Source of the DNA: Octopus sinensis
Taxonomy: Eukaryota
DNA: 64,000 bases
Reading direction: 5' to 3'
NCBI RefSeq assembly: GCF_006345805.1
Contig: NC_042997.1
Location: 164,982,001 to 165,046,000, forward strand
Of this stretch, positions 1 to 10,698 are shown one piece after another (position 1 is the stretch's first letter; every line of letters starts with the position of its first letter). The notes beneath the pieces were generated by a model. That model saw only the letters and a program-made list of their open reading frames with translations. It made no database searches and had not been told where the DNA came from. A program made the position numbers and the translations under genes.

Positions 1-385
1 GAATGAGCCTGGTAGGTGTAAAAGACTGAATTGCATCTCTTGTCAAGAGTACGTGCAACAGTCAGATCGCTGATGTTTGTTGTGGACTCAGTTGTTGTTA
101 TTTGATTGCTGTTATTCTGTGTATCAGTGTGTAATGATCAGATGTGCTTTGCAGGGTTGCTTTATTTCTACCCTTAACTTAGAAACAGAGAAAGACATAG
201 TGCTAGATATGAAAATTAAGCCATTTGGGACTACAAATATTGCGCAAAACGTGAAATTCTTCGAGCAGGTATGTGTCTTATGCGAAATCTGTGATGAGCC
301 CGGGTGACGAATTTGCGATAAGCCCTAGTGATGCTGATGACCTGGAGTTGCCTCAGACATTTTGGAATATATATATATATATCTG

Positions 386-432
<47 letters not shown>

Positions 433-445
433 ATATATATATATA

Positions 446-490
<45 letters not shown>

Positions 491-519
491 ATATATATAT
501 ATATGTATATATATATGTA

Positions 520-609
<90 letters not shown>

Positions 610-800
610 CAAGATAAGAAAATGGAGAAATACATCAAAGTCAAATATCATTACCAGATAATACTCAATCACATACTTTATTAAACCACCACATAAGAGA
701 CTGTAGGGTTAAATATAAAAAGCAGAACAAATCAGTGTACATAAAGGGATGTACATAAAAAAAGTGTACATAAAAGAGTAATGTTGTATAATAATTAGAA

Positions 801-840
<40 letters not shown>

Positions 841-849
841 CAAAAGGTA

Positions 850-1060
850 ACTACACGTGAACTGTTGGCGATTTTTTCTTCCTTCTTCCTTTTCTTTTGG
901 ACCTTCTTATGTCTCCTGTTTCCAAAGAAAAGCTTTGCTCGAAACGTAAAACAATCACTCTTTCTTTCCTTCTCTGAGCGTACCACGTTACTCGATTCGT
1001 TGTTTTTTCTTGTCTTCTTCCTCCATTTTGTGATTTTGTGTGTGCGTGTGTATACATATG
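850..1060 (+). mobile_element. Penelope-like element pLTR/3' terminal fragment
   Basis: Contains ccaaagaaaagctttgctcgaaacgta followed by ctgagcg...ttgttttttcttgtc. The layout matches the copy at 54420-54700 and the reverse complement of the PLE termini at 8825-9060, 50915-51130 and 62275-62480. Confidence 0.55.
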
Positions 1061-1063
1061 TAT

Positions 1064-1390
1064 ACGCACTATATATTCTTTCTTCACTCGTTTATTATTA
1101 TTGTTCATATTCTCACTCATGTCCGTTGTCCAGAAATCTTTCGTCACACATCTGTGACCTCCTCAGCGACACTTTCTGTCTCGGTGTGCGCTCTTGCTCT
1201 GTTTGTTCCATTCAGTTCTCCTATAATATGTATCCTTATAGGAGAACAGAATGGACTAAGCCGAGTAAGCGCACACATGAAGACGGAAGGTGCTGATGAG
1301 GAGGTCACAGATATGTGACGAAAGATTTCCGAACAACGGACATAAGTTAGTATAAGAACAGTAATAAACCCGTGAAGAACGAATATTATA

Positions 1391-1396
<6 letters not shown>
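1064..1396. repeat. Imperfect fold-back palindrome (~165-bp arms, 9-nt spacer)
   Basis: gttctcctataa-tatgtatcc-ttataggagaac at the centre. Both strands translate to similar peptides in the ORF track (VTSSATLSVSVCAL vs VTSSSAPSVFMCAL). A diverged single-arm copy lies at ~9946-10090. Confidence 0.85.
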
Positions 1397-1431
<35 letters not shown>

Positions 1432-1564
1432 CATGTATATGTATGTGTGTGTGTGCATGCATATTAATATATATGCATGTATATATGAATATACATACAT
1501 TCATAATACATACACATACATACATATACATATATGGATAAATATATATATACATACGCATATA

Positions 1565-1596
<32 letters not shown>

Positions 1597-1940
1597 CACA
1601 GAGAAAAAAATGGTGACAAGTAGGAACATAGATCTAGCTCCAGGGACATGTACGCAACTCACACGTATAGAAATAGCTATTTGCATAAGTTATGAATATG
1701 CAATGCAGTATACATGTTGAGATAAAATGTTCATGCTTATAACGATGTTTTCTTCTGACTACTGAGCGTAATATCATGCATGTGCATCATATCATGATAT
1801 CGTAGCGCTTGGCATTGAGCGCTTGCATCTCTACTACAAAATAGAATATACTGAGATGCATTCTGAAAATAATATACACGCATACACACACATATATTTC
1901 TATGTTTTGTGTGTATGTGTGCGTGCATGTATATATATGT

Positions 1941-2318
1941 GGAGGCACAATGGCCCAGTGGCTTAGGCAGCGGACTCGCGGTCGTGGGATCGCGGTTTCG
2001 ATTCCAAGACCAGGCGTTGTGAGTGTTTATCGAGCAAAAACACCTAAAGCTCCACCTAAAGCAGGGGGGCAGGGTGGTGAACCCTGCTGTACTGTTTCAC
2101 CACAACTTTCTCTCACTCTTTCTTCCTGTTTCTGTTGTACCTGTATTTCAAAGGAACAGCCTTGTCACACTATGTGTCATGCTGAATCTCCCCGAGAACT
2201 ACGTTAAGGGTACACGTGTCTGTGGAGTGCTCAGTCACTTGCACGTTAATTTCACGAGCAGGCTATTCCGTTGATCCGATCAACTGGAACCCTCGTCGTC
2301 GTAACCGATGGAGTGCGA
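1941..2318 (+). mobile_element. tRNA-derived SINE (family C; other copies 58685-58978 and 60138-60260 on minus)
   Basis: A-box tggcccagtggcttagg, B-box ggtttcgattcc, body matches reverse-complement copies elsewhere in the window. Confidence 0.8.
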
Positions 2319-2330
2319 CGTTGATATATT

Positions 2331-2404
<74 letters not shown>

Positions 2405-2577
2405 GTATATATATATGTATATATATATATGTAATGTATGTATGTATATTATATATGCGTGTGTGTTTACATTAATATATTTGTTTATAAATGTACATAC
2501 ACACGTATACATAAGTATGTTTGTACACACATATATATGAATGTGTGTGTACATATATCTATCTAATATATACATAT

Positions 2578-2617
<40 letters not shown>

Positions 2618-2902
2618 CACATATATATAATATATATATACTGCCCTCAAAGTCTTATATTGTCGGTCAATGCTCAAAATAAATAATAGAATGACAGCCG
2701 GCAACTGATAAAGAGTCGTTTTTTATATTACTTGTCTTGTTTTCCATTTGTTTCGTTGTTTACATACACAACTTTATTTTCGTATTTCATGCTGTTTACG
2801 TTTTGTGACGTCCTGTACCCATATATGCATATCTGTATACATATATATGTATGTATATGTAAGTAGATATATGTATATATGTATGTATATGTGCATACAT
2901 AC

Positions 2903-2934
<32 letters not shown>

Positions 2935-3347
2935 GTGCGATATTTGTCTTCGTTACAGAAAGTAGTAGAAACGAATAACAAAACAAGAGGGGAAAATACA
3001 CCAAAAATGAAAACTTCACTCCATCCTTTGTCAACTGGAAATCAGTACAATTTCGACACTTAAGGCAATATTATTCATTCCAACGATGCCCCAATAAAAT
3101 ATTAGTGTGGAATGTCAACAAACAAAAACAAATATGCAAAACGAAAATAACAGAGTGCCAATACATTGCTATCTTCAAAATTTGAATATTTTCAAAATAT
3201 ATTCTCTAAGATAAACTTCATTGACGCACAAAAGTTATTTGTGAAATTCTGTGTAGGTAATGCAGAAGATAACAGTCTCGGACAATAAACGAGTATATTC
3301 TTCAATATCTATATACTGAGCTCTTTTTCTTCTTTTTTGTCTCACAG

Positions 3348-3406
3348 GAGTCGAGCCATCTGTCTATTGCTTGCCAGGATATCGCGTTACTGATTGCAGT
3401 TTCTAA
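3348..3406 (+). CDS. Candidate terminal coding exon, (G)VEPSVYCLPGYRVTDCSF*
   Basis: Strong pyrimidine tract and AG (ctctttttcttcttttttgtctcacag) followed by a short frame with a C-x-PGY-x4-C EGF-tail-like pattern. No other exon can be linked to it. Confidence 0.2.
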
Positions 3407-3616
3407 CTTTATCTATCAAATAATCATATATAAACGTTTTACTGGGTACATTAACTGTACTGTCTTTCACTCCTCGTATCGCATGAAAAATACAGACAAA
3501 TTTTTATCCACTCCACTACCAGTGGTAGACGGCGCTGAAATTCTTCTCTGTCTATTCCTGAAAGCAAACGCTTGAAGATGAATAGTATTTGGTAGTTATT
3601 CAAATCGTACCCTTTT

Positions 3617-4022
3617 CTCTTTTTTTACTTGTTCAGTCATTGGACGGTGACCGTGCTGGGTCACCACCTTGAAGTGTTTAGTCGAACATGTCGTACCTAA
3701 GTACTTGTTTTTGAAAAAAGTTTAGTACTTACTCTATCGGTCTCATTTGACCGAACTACTAGGTTATTGGAAATAAACAACCCATAAAGAAACACTGGTT
3801 GTCTGTAGTGGCGAGGGAAGAACAAGCACAAAGACACATACACACGCAGTTACACATATACAACGGGCTTCCACATAGTTTCCGTCTATCAAATTCACTC
3901 ACATGGTATTGGTCGGCTCGGGGTTATAATAAAAAGTACTTGTCCAAGGTGTTGTGCAGTGGGACTGAACTCAAAATTGTGCTGTTTCAAATTGAATTTC
4001 TTAACTACGCGGCTATGCCTTT
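3617..4022 (-). mobile_element. tRNA-derived SINE family A
   Basis: Reverse complement of the copies at 10288-10698 and 19311-19730, with a degenerate tRNA-like head at the right end. Confidence 0.8.
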
Positions 4023-4244
4023 TTAAATACAGCTGAAATAAACATGAGAGATGCAGCAGCTACACAGACGTTTTACAAGCTCTTCTAAATCCATTGTAAT
4101 CCATCACAATGTTGTAAACTCTTCCGCATCGTCAGTAGGTATCTCAGGGTCACGAGTGTTTTGCTCTTTAGCCTGTACGCTGCCTGAGTGGGGCAGTGAG
4201 GACTAAATTGGTTTTCGCTTGTAGAAGAGCCCCACTTGCAGTCT

Positions 4245-4700
4245 GTTATCAACCATAGCCACCTTGAGCTCGTTTCAGCTGTCATACCTATCTCCAACGT
4301 ATCTTTCTTCAGCTATCAGAGTTCCAGACTTACCTTCTGTAGGAAATAGCGCATCAACCCAAGTGGAAAGCTAAAAAAGTTGACTTCAATAAAGAATGAG
4401 GGTGGGTCTCATCCCTTGAGAAGGGTCTCGTCGACGAAGTTCTGATTATTCGTTTTCTTTTGCTGGCTGGAAATATTATGTTCCAGGGCACTCAATGTAA
4501 GTTCGACCGTGATGATTGTTTTTGTACTCATGGAAAGCAGAAAGATATCTGATCGGAGTGATGTCACTGCTATCTCTTTTGGGAAGAAGACTCTGCCCTT
4601 CACGTTCACTTTCATCTCCCAGTCTGAGGTTTGATGTAAAATAGAAAGCAGGATCCTTACTTTCGCTTTCTTCCTAGCTCTTTCGCCTTCTCTTAGGAAT
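4245..4700 (-). pseudogene. Non-LTR retrotransposon C-terminal restriction-like endonuclease relic (HERO/NeSL-like)
   Basis: Minus frames read SDWEMKVNVKGRVFFPKEIAVTSLRSDIFLLSMSTKTIITVELT...FIEV...MRYFLQKV...EIGMTAETSSRWLWL. This resembles the (R)PD...ELT...K...IEVG RLE tail of these clades, interrupted by stops and frameshifts. Confidence 0.7.
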
Positions 4701-5070
4701 CTGATAGATATCCTTTGGCAGTGTCAGAAAGGGTTCTCTATTTTCTGTCTCAATGTATAATTGTAAACCACTGATATATGATTAATATTTCAAAATGTTG
4801 AGTACCATTTATATTATTGAGGTGTGCTCTGTATGATAGAATTTTAAAGTGATATGAATTATTTTAGACGGTAATGGAAGGACCTGACAGCTGGTGGTTT
4901 TGTGGCTAAAAACTTTCTGTAATACTCATGTGATATTTGGAGAGTTAATGTTATATTCGTAAACTGAAACGTCCTAAGTGCTAATTTATTTGCACTTCGG
5001 ATGTTTCCAACAGAAAGGTCTTGAAATATTTGGTACCGCAGTTGCACAGTAAGGTTAAACCTGTTAACTG

Positions 5071-5230
5071 TATGTATGTATGTATGTATGTATGTATGTA
5101 TGTATGTATGTATGTATGTATGTATGTATGTATGTATGTATGTATGTATGTATGTATGTATGTATGTATGTATGTATGTATGTATGTATGTATGTATGTA
5201 TGTATGTATGTATGTATGTATGTATGTATG
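5071..5230. repeat. (TATG)n microsatellite
   Basis: About 40 perfect units directly visible. Confidence 0.95.
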
Positions 5231-5232
5231 TT

Positions 5233-5506
5233 TGTTGTAAAATGGGTTTCTCCCACTGGTGTAATGTGTGACTGCCATTGTACGGTAGTTGCTGTTTTAC
5301 GCTACTGGCCACAATAGTTACTAGTCATCGAATACCGTAGTATCTCTTTGTACCGGAATAGTAATACACTAACTTCTGTTTTACTATCGCTGATAGCTCC
5401 ATAAAACACCAACTAAAATTGTCGACTATCAACTCATCGACTCTTGACCACCATGTACTGGTCTATTTATAATGGCTGGTTCCCACCACTTTTTCACTAT
5501 ACAACA
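5233..5506 (-). repeat. 3' LTR of Gypsy element
   Basis: Aligns to 8471-8779 (9 mismatches in the first 60 aligned bases); adjacent PPT at 5507-5517. Confidence 0.85.
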
Positions 5507-5577
5507 TTTCCCCTTTTAATAATTTTATTTAACAATCAATTTCTTTTATTCACCCCACCTCCTCCTTTATATATATT

Positions 5578-6125
5578 CTAGCTGGTGTATCCGGTAATTT
5601 CCGGGGATAAGATGTTCTATTGAAACGCCTTACTACTTTGATATAAGAGAGCAATTTCGTTATAACTGCAACAAAAGGTGTATTTTTCATCACGAAAAAG
5701 TTTTAAAAACTGTCAGCTGGAGGAGGGAGAGATTGTAGGAGATTGGCGAGAAAGGTTTTCGGAGGTTGGCGAGAGAGGTTTTCGGAGGTTGGAGAAAAAG
5801 ATTGTCGCAGGCTGGTCAGAGGGGTTGTCGGAGGTTGGTGAGAGGCAAAGACGTTATTCTACTTAGCGAAGACATCTGGGAAATGTATAACTGCTGTCAT
5901 TCACAGAAAAACTATTGTTTTAACTGAGATAAGTGCTGTTGAAGTGTTAATTGAAATTTGGCAATTGAGGATCGAATCCACGCTATGCTCGCATGAAGCC
6001 ACTACAAACACGTTGTGGAATAAAAATTTTATCTACTGTTATGGAAAAAGGGTAACTGTAAAAATGCAGAATTATCGGAATAATGTGCATTCAAAAACGT
6101 ATGTATGTATAAAAAAGTATGAATG
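5578..6125. mobile_element. Unassigned ~550-bp insertion within Gypsy (possibly a non-autonomous Helitron/Helentron-like element)
   Basis: Begins ctagctggtgtatccggtaatttccgggg and contains 4-5 imperfect ~25-bp repeats (aggttttcggaggttggcgagag). It occupies the position where RNase H/integrase are expected. Confidence 0.3.
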
Positions 6126-8330
6126 AAGTCTTGCTTGAAGTTAACACCTCTTTTAACTCGTTAAATGCTTTTTGGCATTTCTCTGTCCAAACCCATTTGG
6201 CATTTGTTTCTTTTAGTATTTCATCAAGTGGTGCCTTTACCATATGCATATTTGTGATATTCACTTAGTAATGATTTACCAAGTCTAGGAATGCTTGTAG
6301 CATTATCACGTTCGTCGGGGTCAGCATATTTCGTTTTGCCGTCGCCCTTGAATTTGTCCGCTCTGCGTCCATTTTAGTAAGTTACTTGACCTAGATATTT
6401 TAATTTTCAATCAAAAATTTGCATTTCCCTTCTGTATTCACTCATTCTCTCGGATACTTACTTTGTGTGTTCGTCGTGTTTACACTCAAGAAGCGCTTTT
6501 TATCAAAATTTCATCGAGGTATACTTTGGCGAAGTCACAATCACTTAACATCGCTTCCATTATTTGTTGGAATATGGTGGGTGCCACTTTTACTCCAAAC
6601 GGCAGACGTTTGAACTTGTACAGTCCACAGTGCGTGATGATTGTTAGTAGGTGTGTGCAATCTTCCTCTGAGTTTGAAGGTACATCTCTGAGGGGTCTAT
6701 CTTCGAGAAAATTTTCCCTCCGTTTAGTTTAGCGAATACTTCTTCTGGGCTTGGTAGTAGGTAATTGTATACGAGTAAACATTTGTTCAATGCTTGTTTT
6801 AATTTTTTTTTTATGCCGGTGCTGCCCAGTCTCCATAGTCAACCTTTTCAATTATATTCCAGCTTTCCAATATTTCTAGTTCCTTATTGACCTGGTCTCC
6901 CGCCGTAAACAAGCACGTTCCACTTGGGCCCTAAATAGGTGTTGAATTTTTTTTTTATGGCAATCCTTGATTTTATTTTTGTCAACAGCCTAAACCTTCC
7001 GAAAAAAGTTTTGGGAAAGTTTTTCATTTTTTGTTTCAGTTCATCGACCTCGTTCGATCGTTTGACTGCTCTGTTTATGTTATTGCACAAAACATTTATG
7101 GGTGTATCCCATAGATCAAATTCCTGCATACTTTCGGTGCCAAATAAATTAATGGATTTTTTTCAACACATAAACATTCACATTTTTGGTTCGACCTTTG
7201 AACATTATATTACAAACGCGTTTCCCGTGAAATATAATTTTCTTCCGGTAACATCATACGTTAATTTCTTTGAACTACACAATTTTGTTTTACCCATTTG
7301 TTCTCATGTTTTCTAATTTATGATTGCAATGTCTAATTGCATTCTGACACTAGTGATTTCAATTCTCACGTTCACCAATTTTCTGTTTGTTGTAGTTACA
7401 ACTTTTCCTGCTGACAAACTATTCATTTTTCTTGTTTGTTCCATTTTCTTTCATTCTAGTTTTGCAGTGCGATTTTATATGTCCCGCAAACCCGCAGCGA
7501 AAAAATTTTATTTTTGTATACGGACAATCTTTTTTGAGGTGCATCCCACCACATGCCATATATGGGTCTACATCCCGATATTTTTTTCTGTTTTTCCTGC
7601 AACGATTTATTTGCCATCCGACCATTTTGCACTGGTCGTATGTGAAAACACTCTTTCCATTGAATGTCATGCCTTAATTCTAATATCATGTCACACTCTT
7701 CCGACAGTTTCTGCAATGTCAAATCCTGATTCATTTCCAGGTTTGCTAGAATTTTCGTTCGGATTTCTGCATCTCTTTCATATGTCAATCCTTGTGCAAA
7801 AATCTTGAAAGAATCTGGAGTAAGTATATCCAGCCTAGATCTCTCACATTCTTTGCTAACTCTGCCTGTGTAAGCAGTGAAGTCTTCATCTTTTCTATGT
7901 TTAAACATTTCTATCTAGTATTAAACTGTGAGCTCTTTTCACTAAACAGTTTGCACAAAATGTCAACTGTGTCGGTGAAATGTCGGACGCTTCTTTTGGC
8001 AATATGAAGTTACTATACTTCTCATGCTCCGCTGTCGTTAGTTTTCTTAAAACTAGACGCGTTTTCATTTCATCCGTCCAAATCTGACATTCTTTTTCAA
8101 AAATGTGTTCAAATCTTCGAAAGTAAGCCTCGAAGGTTATTCCTTTTTCAGAGTCATATTTGAATTCGCTCATGGAAATTGCTACATGATCAGGTGAAAA
8201 TGTATTCTCCAGTTTGGCTAACAACTTCATTAATTGTAACATATGCTGCTGCAGTCCTGGTTGTTATTCTCGTTGTTCCTTGATTTGTTGTTGTTGCTGT
8301 TTTTGCGACTCAACTACCCCAGCTAACAAG
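6125..8330 (-). pseudogene. gag-protease-RT pseudogene of Gypsy element
   Basis: Gag (FEAYFRRFEHIFEKEC...KTRLVLRKL; two CCHC-like knuckles CGGMHLKKDC, CGFAGHIKSHC), protease-like MQLD, and RT motifs LPSPEEVFAKLNGGKIFSKID, GLYKFKRLPFGVKVAPTIFQQIM, YLDE, KYLG, WVWTEKCQKAFNELK. Many stops and frameshifts; RNase H and integrase are not seen. Confidence 0.88.
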
Positions 8331-8470
8331 TCTGCCACCTTTTACGATTTTCGTACAACAAGAGTTTTGTTTCATTTTTGTCGAGTTTAATTTTCCACGT
8401 AAATCAGTTTAAACCCTCTGTGTGAATGTTATTTTAAACTCCGCGTAACTTTGTTTTTCCTCGTCGCCGC

Positions 8471-8779
8471 TGTTGTAAAGTCGTTTCTTCCCACTGGTGT
8501 GATGTGTAACTGCCGTTGTATGGTAGTTGCTGCTTTACGCTATTAGCCATAATAGTTACTAGTCATTGAATACCGTTGTATCTCTTCGTACCGGAATAGT
8601 AATACACTACGTTCTTCTGACTTACTACCGTTGATAGCTCTACAAAACACCAGCTAGATCTGTCGACTCTCAGCTCTTCGACTCTCAACCCTCTGATGAC
8701 GACCGACTACTGGTCTATTTATAATGGTTGTCTCCAACCAGTTTTTACCTGGAGGGGTATAAAGTTTCACTATACAATA
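8471..8779 (-). repeat. 5' LTR of Gypsy element
   Basis: Homologous to 5233-5506 and followed on the minus strand by the PBS-like (g)cggcgacgag. Confidence 0.85.
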
Positions 8780-8813
8780 GTATGTATGTATGTGTGTATG
8801 AGTGCGTGTGCCA

Positions 8814-8847
<34 letters not shown>

Positions 8848-8974
8848 CGGGAAGCTTTATGAAAATAGACAAAAGACGAAGGCAGGTTTACGGAAATAAA
8901 AAAAAGACGAAGGCAGGTGGAATACAAACAAACAATTGATTTAGTATGGCGCTCAGGAAATATAATAAAACAAG

Positions 8975-9012
8975 TCTTTAACGTTTCGAGCCTACGCTCT
9001 TCAACAGAAAGA
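8975..9012 (-). ncRNA. Minimal type-I hammerhead ribozyme-like motif (CUGUUGA variant)
   Basis: Minus strand ucuuu-CUGUUGA-a-gagc(guag)gcuc-GAAAC-GUU-aaaga: 5-bp stem I, 4-bp stem II, palindromic ACGU stem III. Confidence 0.55.
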
Positions 9013-9259
9013 TACACAGAAAGAAGGAGAGAAAAAATGCGTGGCAGAGGCTAGCGAATCAACATGGCGATCTGATTTCGGCCAGAAGTCAAAGATCAAA
9101 CGTGAGACGCAAGAGCGAAATTAGGGGAGATAATAGGGTTAAATGACCTCGCTCCAACATAAGAGTGTGTGTGTGTGTATGAGAGAGTATTAGTGCGTAA
9201 GAGAGGTCTGGACGTGTGTATGTATATATGATGTGATGTGTAAAGTCATATGGTGTAGT

Positions 9260-9760
9260 GTAGAGAGAGGAGATGAGGTAAGAGGGGGGAGGTAAGGGGG
9301 AGAGATGAGGGGGAGAGAGGGGAGGGGGATGGGAGAGAAAGTAGGGGAGAAGAGGGGAGAAGGAAAGGAGAGAAGAGGAGGGGGAAGGGGGAGAAGGAAG
9401 GAGAGGAGAAGAGGAGGGGAGAGAAGGGGGAGAAGGAAGGAGAGGAGAAGAGGAGGGGAGAGAAGGGGGAGAAGGAAGGAGAGGAGAAGAGGAGGGGAAA
9501 GGAGGAGGGAGGATAGAGGGAGAGGGGGAGAGAGAGAGAGAGGGGGAGAGAGAGAGAAGGGGAGTGAGGGAGCAGAGAGAAAGAGGGAAGGGGAAGAGGG
9601 ACGAAGGAGGGAGGGAGAAAGAGGGAAGAAGGGAAGAGGAGTAGGGGTGAAAGGATGAAGGACTGAAGAGAAGTAGGGGTCGGTGGGGAGGTTAGATGAG
9701 GAAGGGGAGAGGGGGGTTGATGAGTGAGGTGGGAGAGGGGAGTTAGATGAGGAGGGGGGA
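9260..9760. repeat. GA-rich polypurine low-complexity tract inside the PLE 3' region
   Basis: Directly visible; explains the Pro/Ser/Leu and Arg/Gly/Glu ORFs in the track. Confidence 0.9.
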
Positions 9761-10175
9761 GAGTTGAGACCAAATGGCGTATAAGAGCGAAGAGAGAAGA
9801 TTAATTCCTGTTCACGGCGCAAACGGGAATCCGGATGGCCTCTGTGCAAGGACATATATACACACATATATAATGCGTTTATGATTTTGTTTTGCAAGAC
9901 TCCTGATATGAAATCGTGTCTTGAAACAAATATTGTTATATTTCAGAATGTTCGGAATGGACTAAACAGGGCATGAGGAGACACGTAGAATGGAGAGTTG
10001 TTGCAGAGGTCACAGGATGTCTGGCGAAAAATTTCAGACAAAAAGCACTTAAATAAAAATAATAACAAAGCTGAAGTGATGAACGAATATATGGTGCCCG
10101 TGAAATAAAATGAATATATATATATGGGTATGTATGTATATGTATATATATATATGTGTGTCTGTAATATATATA

Positions 10176-10223
<48 letters not shown>

Positions 10224-10287
10224 TATATATTATATGTGTGTGTGTGTGTGTGTGTATATTTATAAGTATTTTTATATCAAACATATA

Positions 10288-10443
10288 GGCACAGGAGTGG
10301 CGTGTGTTAAGAAGCTTGCTTCCCAACACATAGTTCGGGTTCAGTCCCACTGCGTGGCACCTTGGGCAAATGTCTTCTATTATAGCTTGGGCCAGCAAAT
10401 CCTTATGAGAGGATTTGGTAGAGGAAACTGAAAGAAACCCGTC

Positions 10444-10482
<39 letters not shown>

Positions 10483-10698
10483 TATTTATAAGTATGTGTG
10501 TATTTGTTATTTGTGTCAGTATTTGCCCCCGCCCCCACCATCGCTTGACAACCCATGTTGGTGTGTTTACGTCCCCGTCACTTAGCAGTTCGGCAAAAAG
10601 AGACCTAGGATTACAAAGAATAAGTCCTGGGGTCGATTTGTACGACTAAAGGTGGTGTTCCAGCATGACTGCAGTTAAATGACTGAAACAAGTAAAAA
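10288..10698 (+). mobile_element. tRNA-derived SINE family A
   Basis: ggcacaggagtggcgtgtg head, B-box gggttcagtccc, internal (TA)n, tail tgactgaaacaagtaaaa. Confidence 0.85.

Larger units (their letters stand above)
5233..8779 (-). mobile_element. Decayed Gypsy/Ty3 (Mag-like) LTR retrotransposon
   Basis: Two homologous LTRs (5233-5506 and 8471-8779, TGTTG...CAACA type ends). PBS-like gcggcgacgag directly inside the right LTR and PPT aaaaggggaaa abutting the left LTR on the minus strand. gag-pol relic in between. Confidence 0.9.
8825..9860 (-). mobile_element. 5'-truncated Penelope-like element (GIY-YIG C-terminus, GA-rich 3' region, pLTR)
   Basis: Minus frame LHRGHPDSRLRREQELIFSLRSYTPFGLN at ~9760-9855, typical of the PLE GIY-YIG tail (..E..LI..L.T..P.GLN). 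Collinear with 50915-51901. Confidence 0.8.

Noticed and set aside
1-360. Cys-rich plus-frame segment, possibly a TE relic or decayed hammerhead (tgatgagcccgggtgacgaa)
   Set aside because: No diagnostic motif could be assigned and the stems do not form.
1941-2015. SINE heads as tRNA genes
   Set aside because: A/B boxes are present but no complete cloverleaf, and they continue into multi-copy SINE bodies.
9190-9897. Pro/Ser/Leu-rich 235-aa ORF as an extensin-like gene
   Set aside because: Only the first ~30 codons after the repeat are a GIY-YIG tail; the rest is read-through into the pyrimidine tract.
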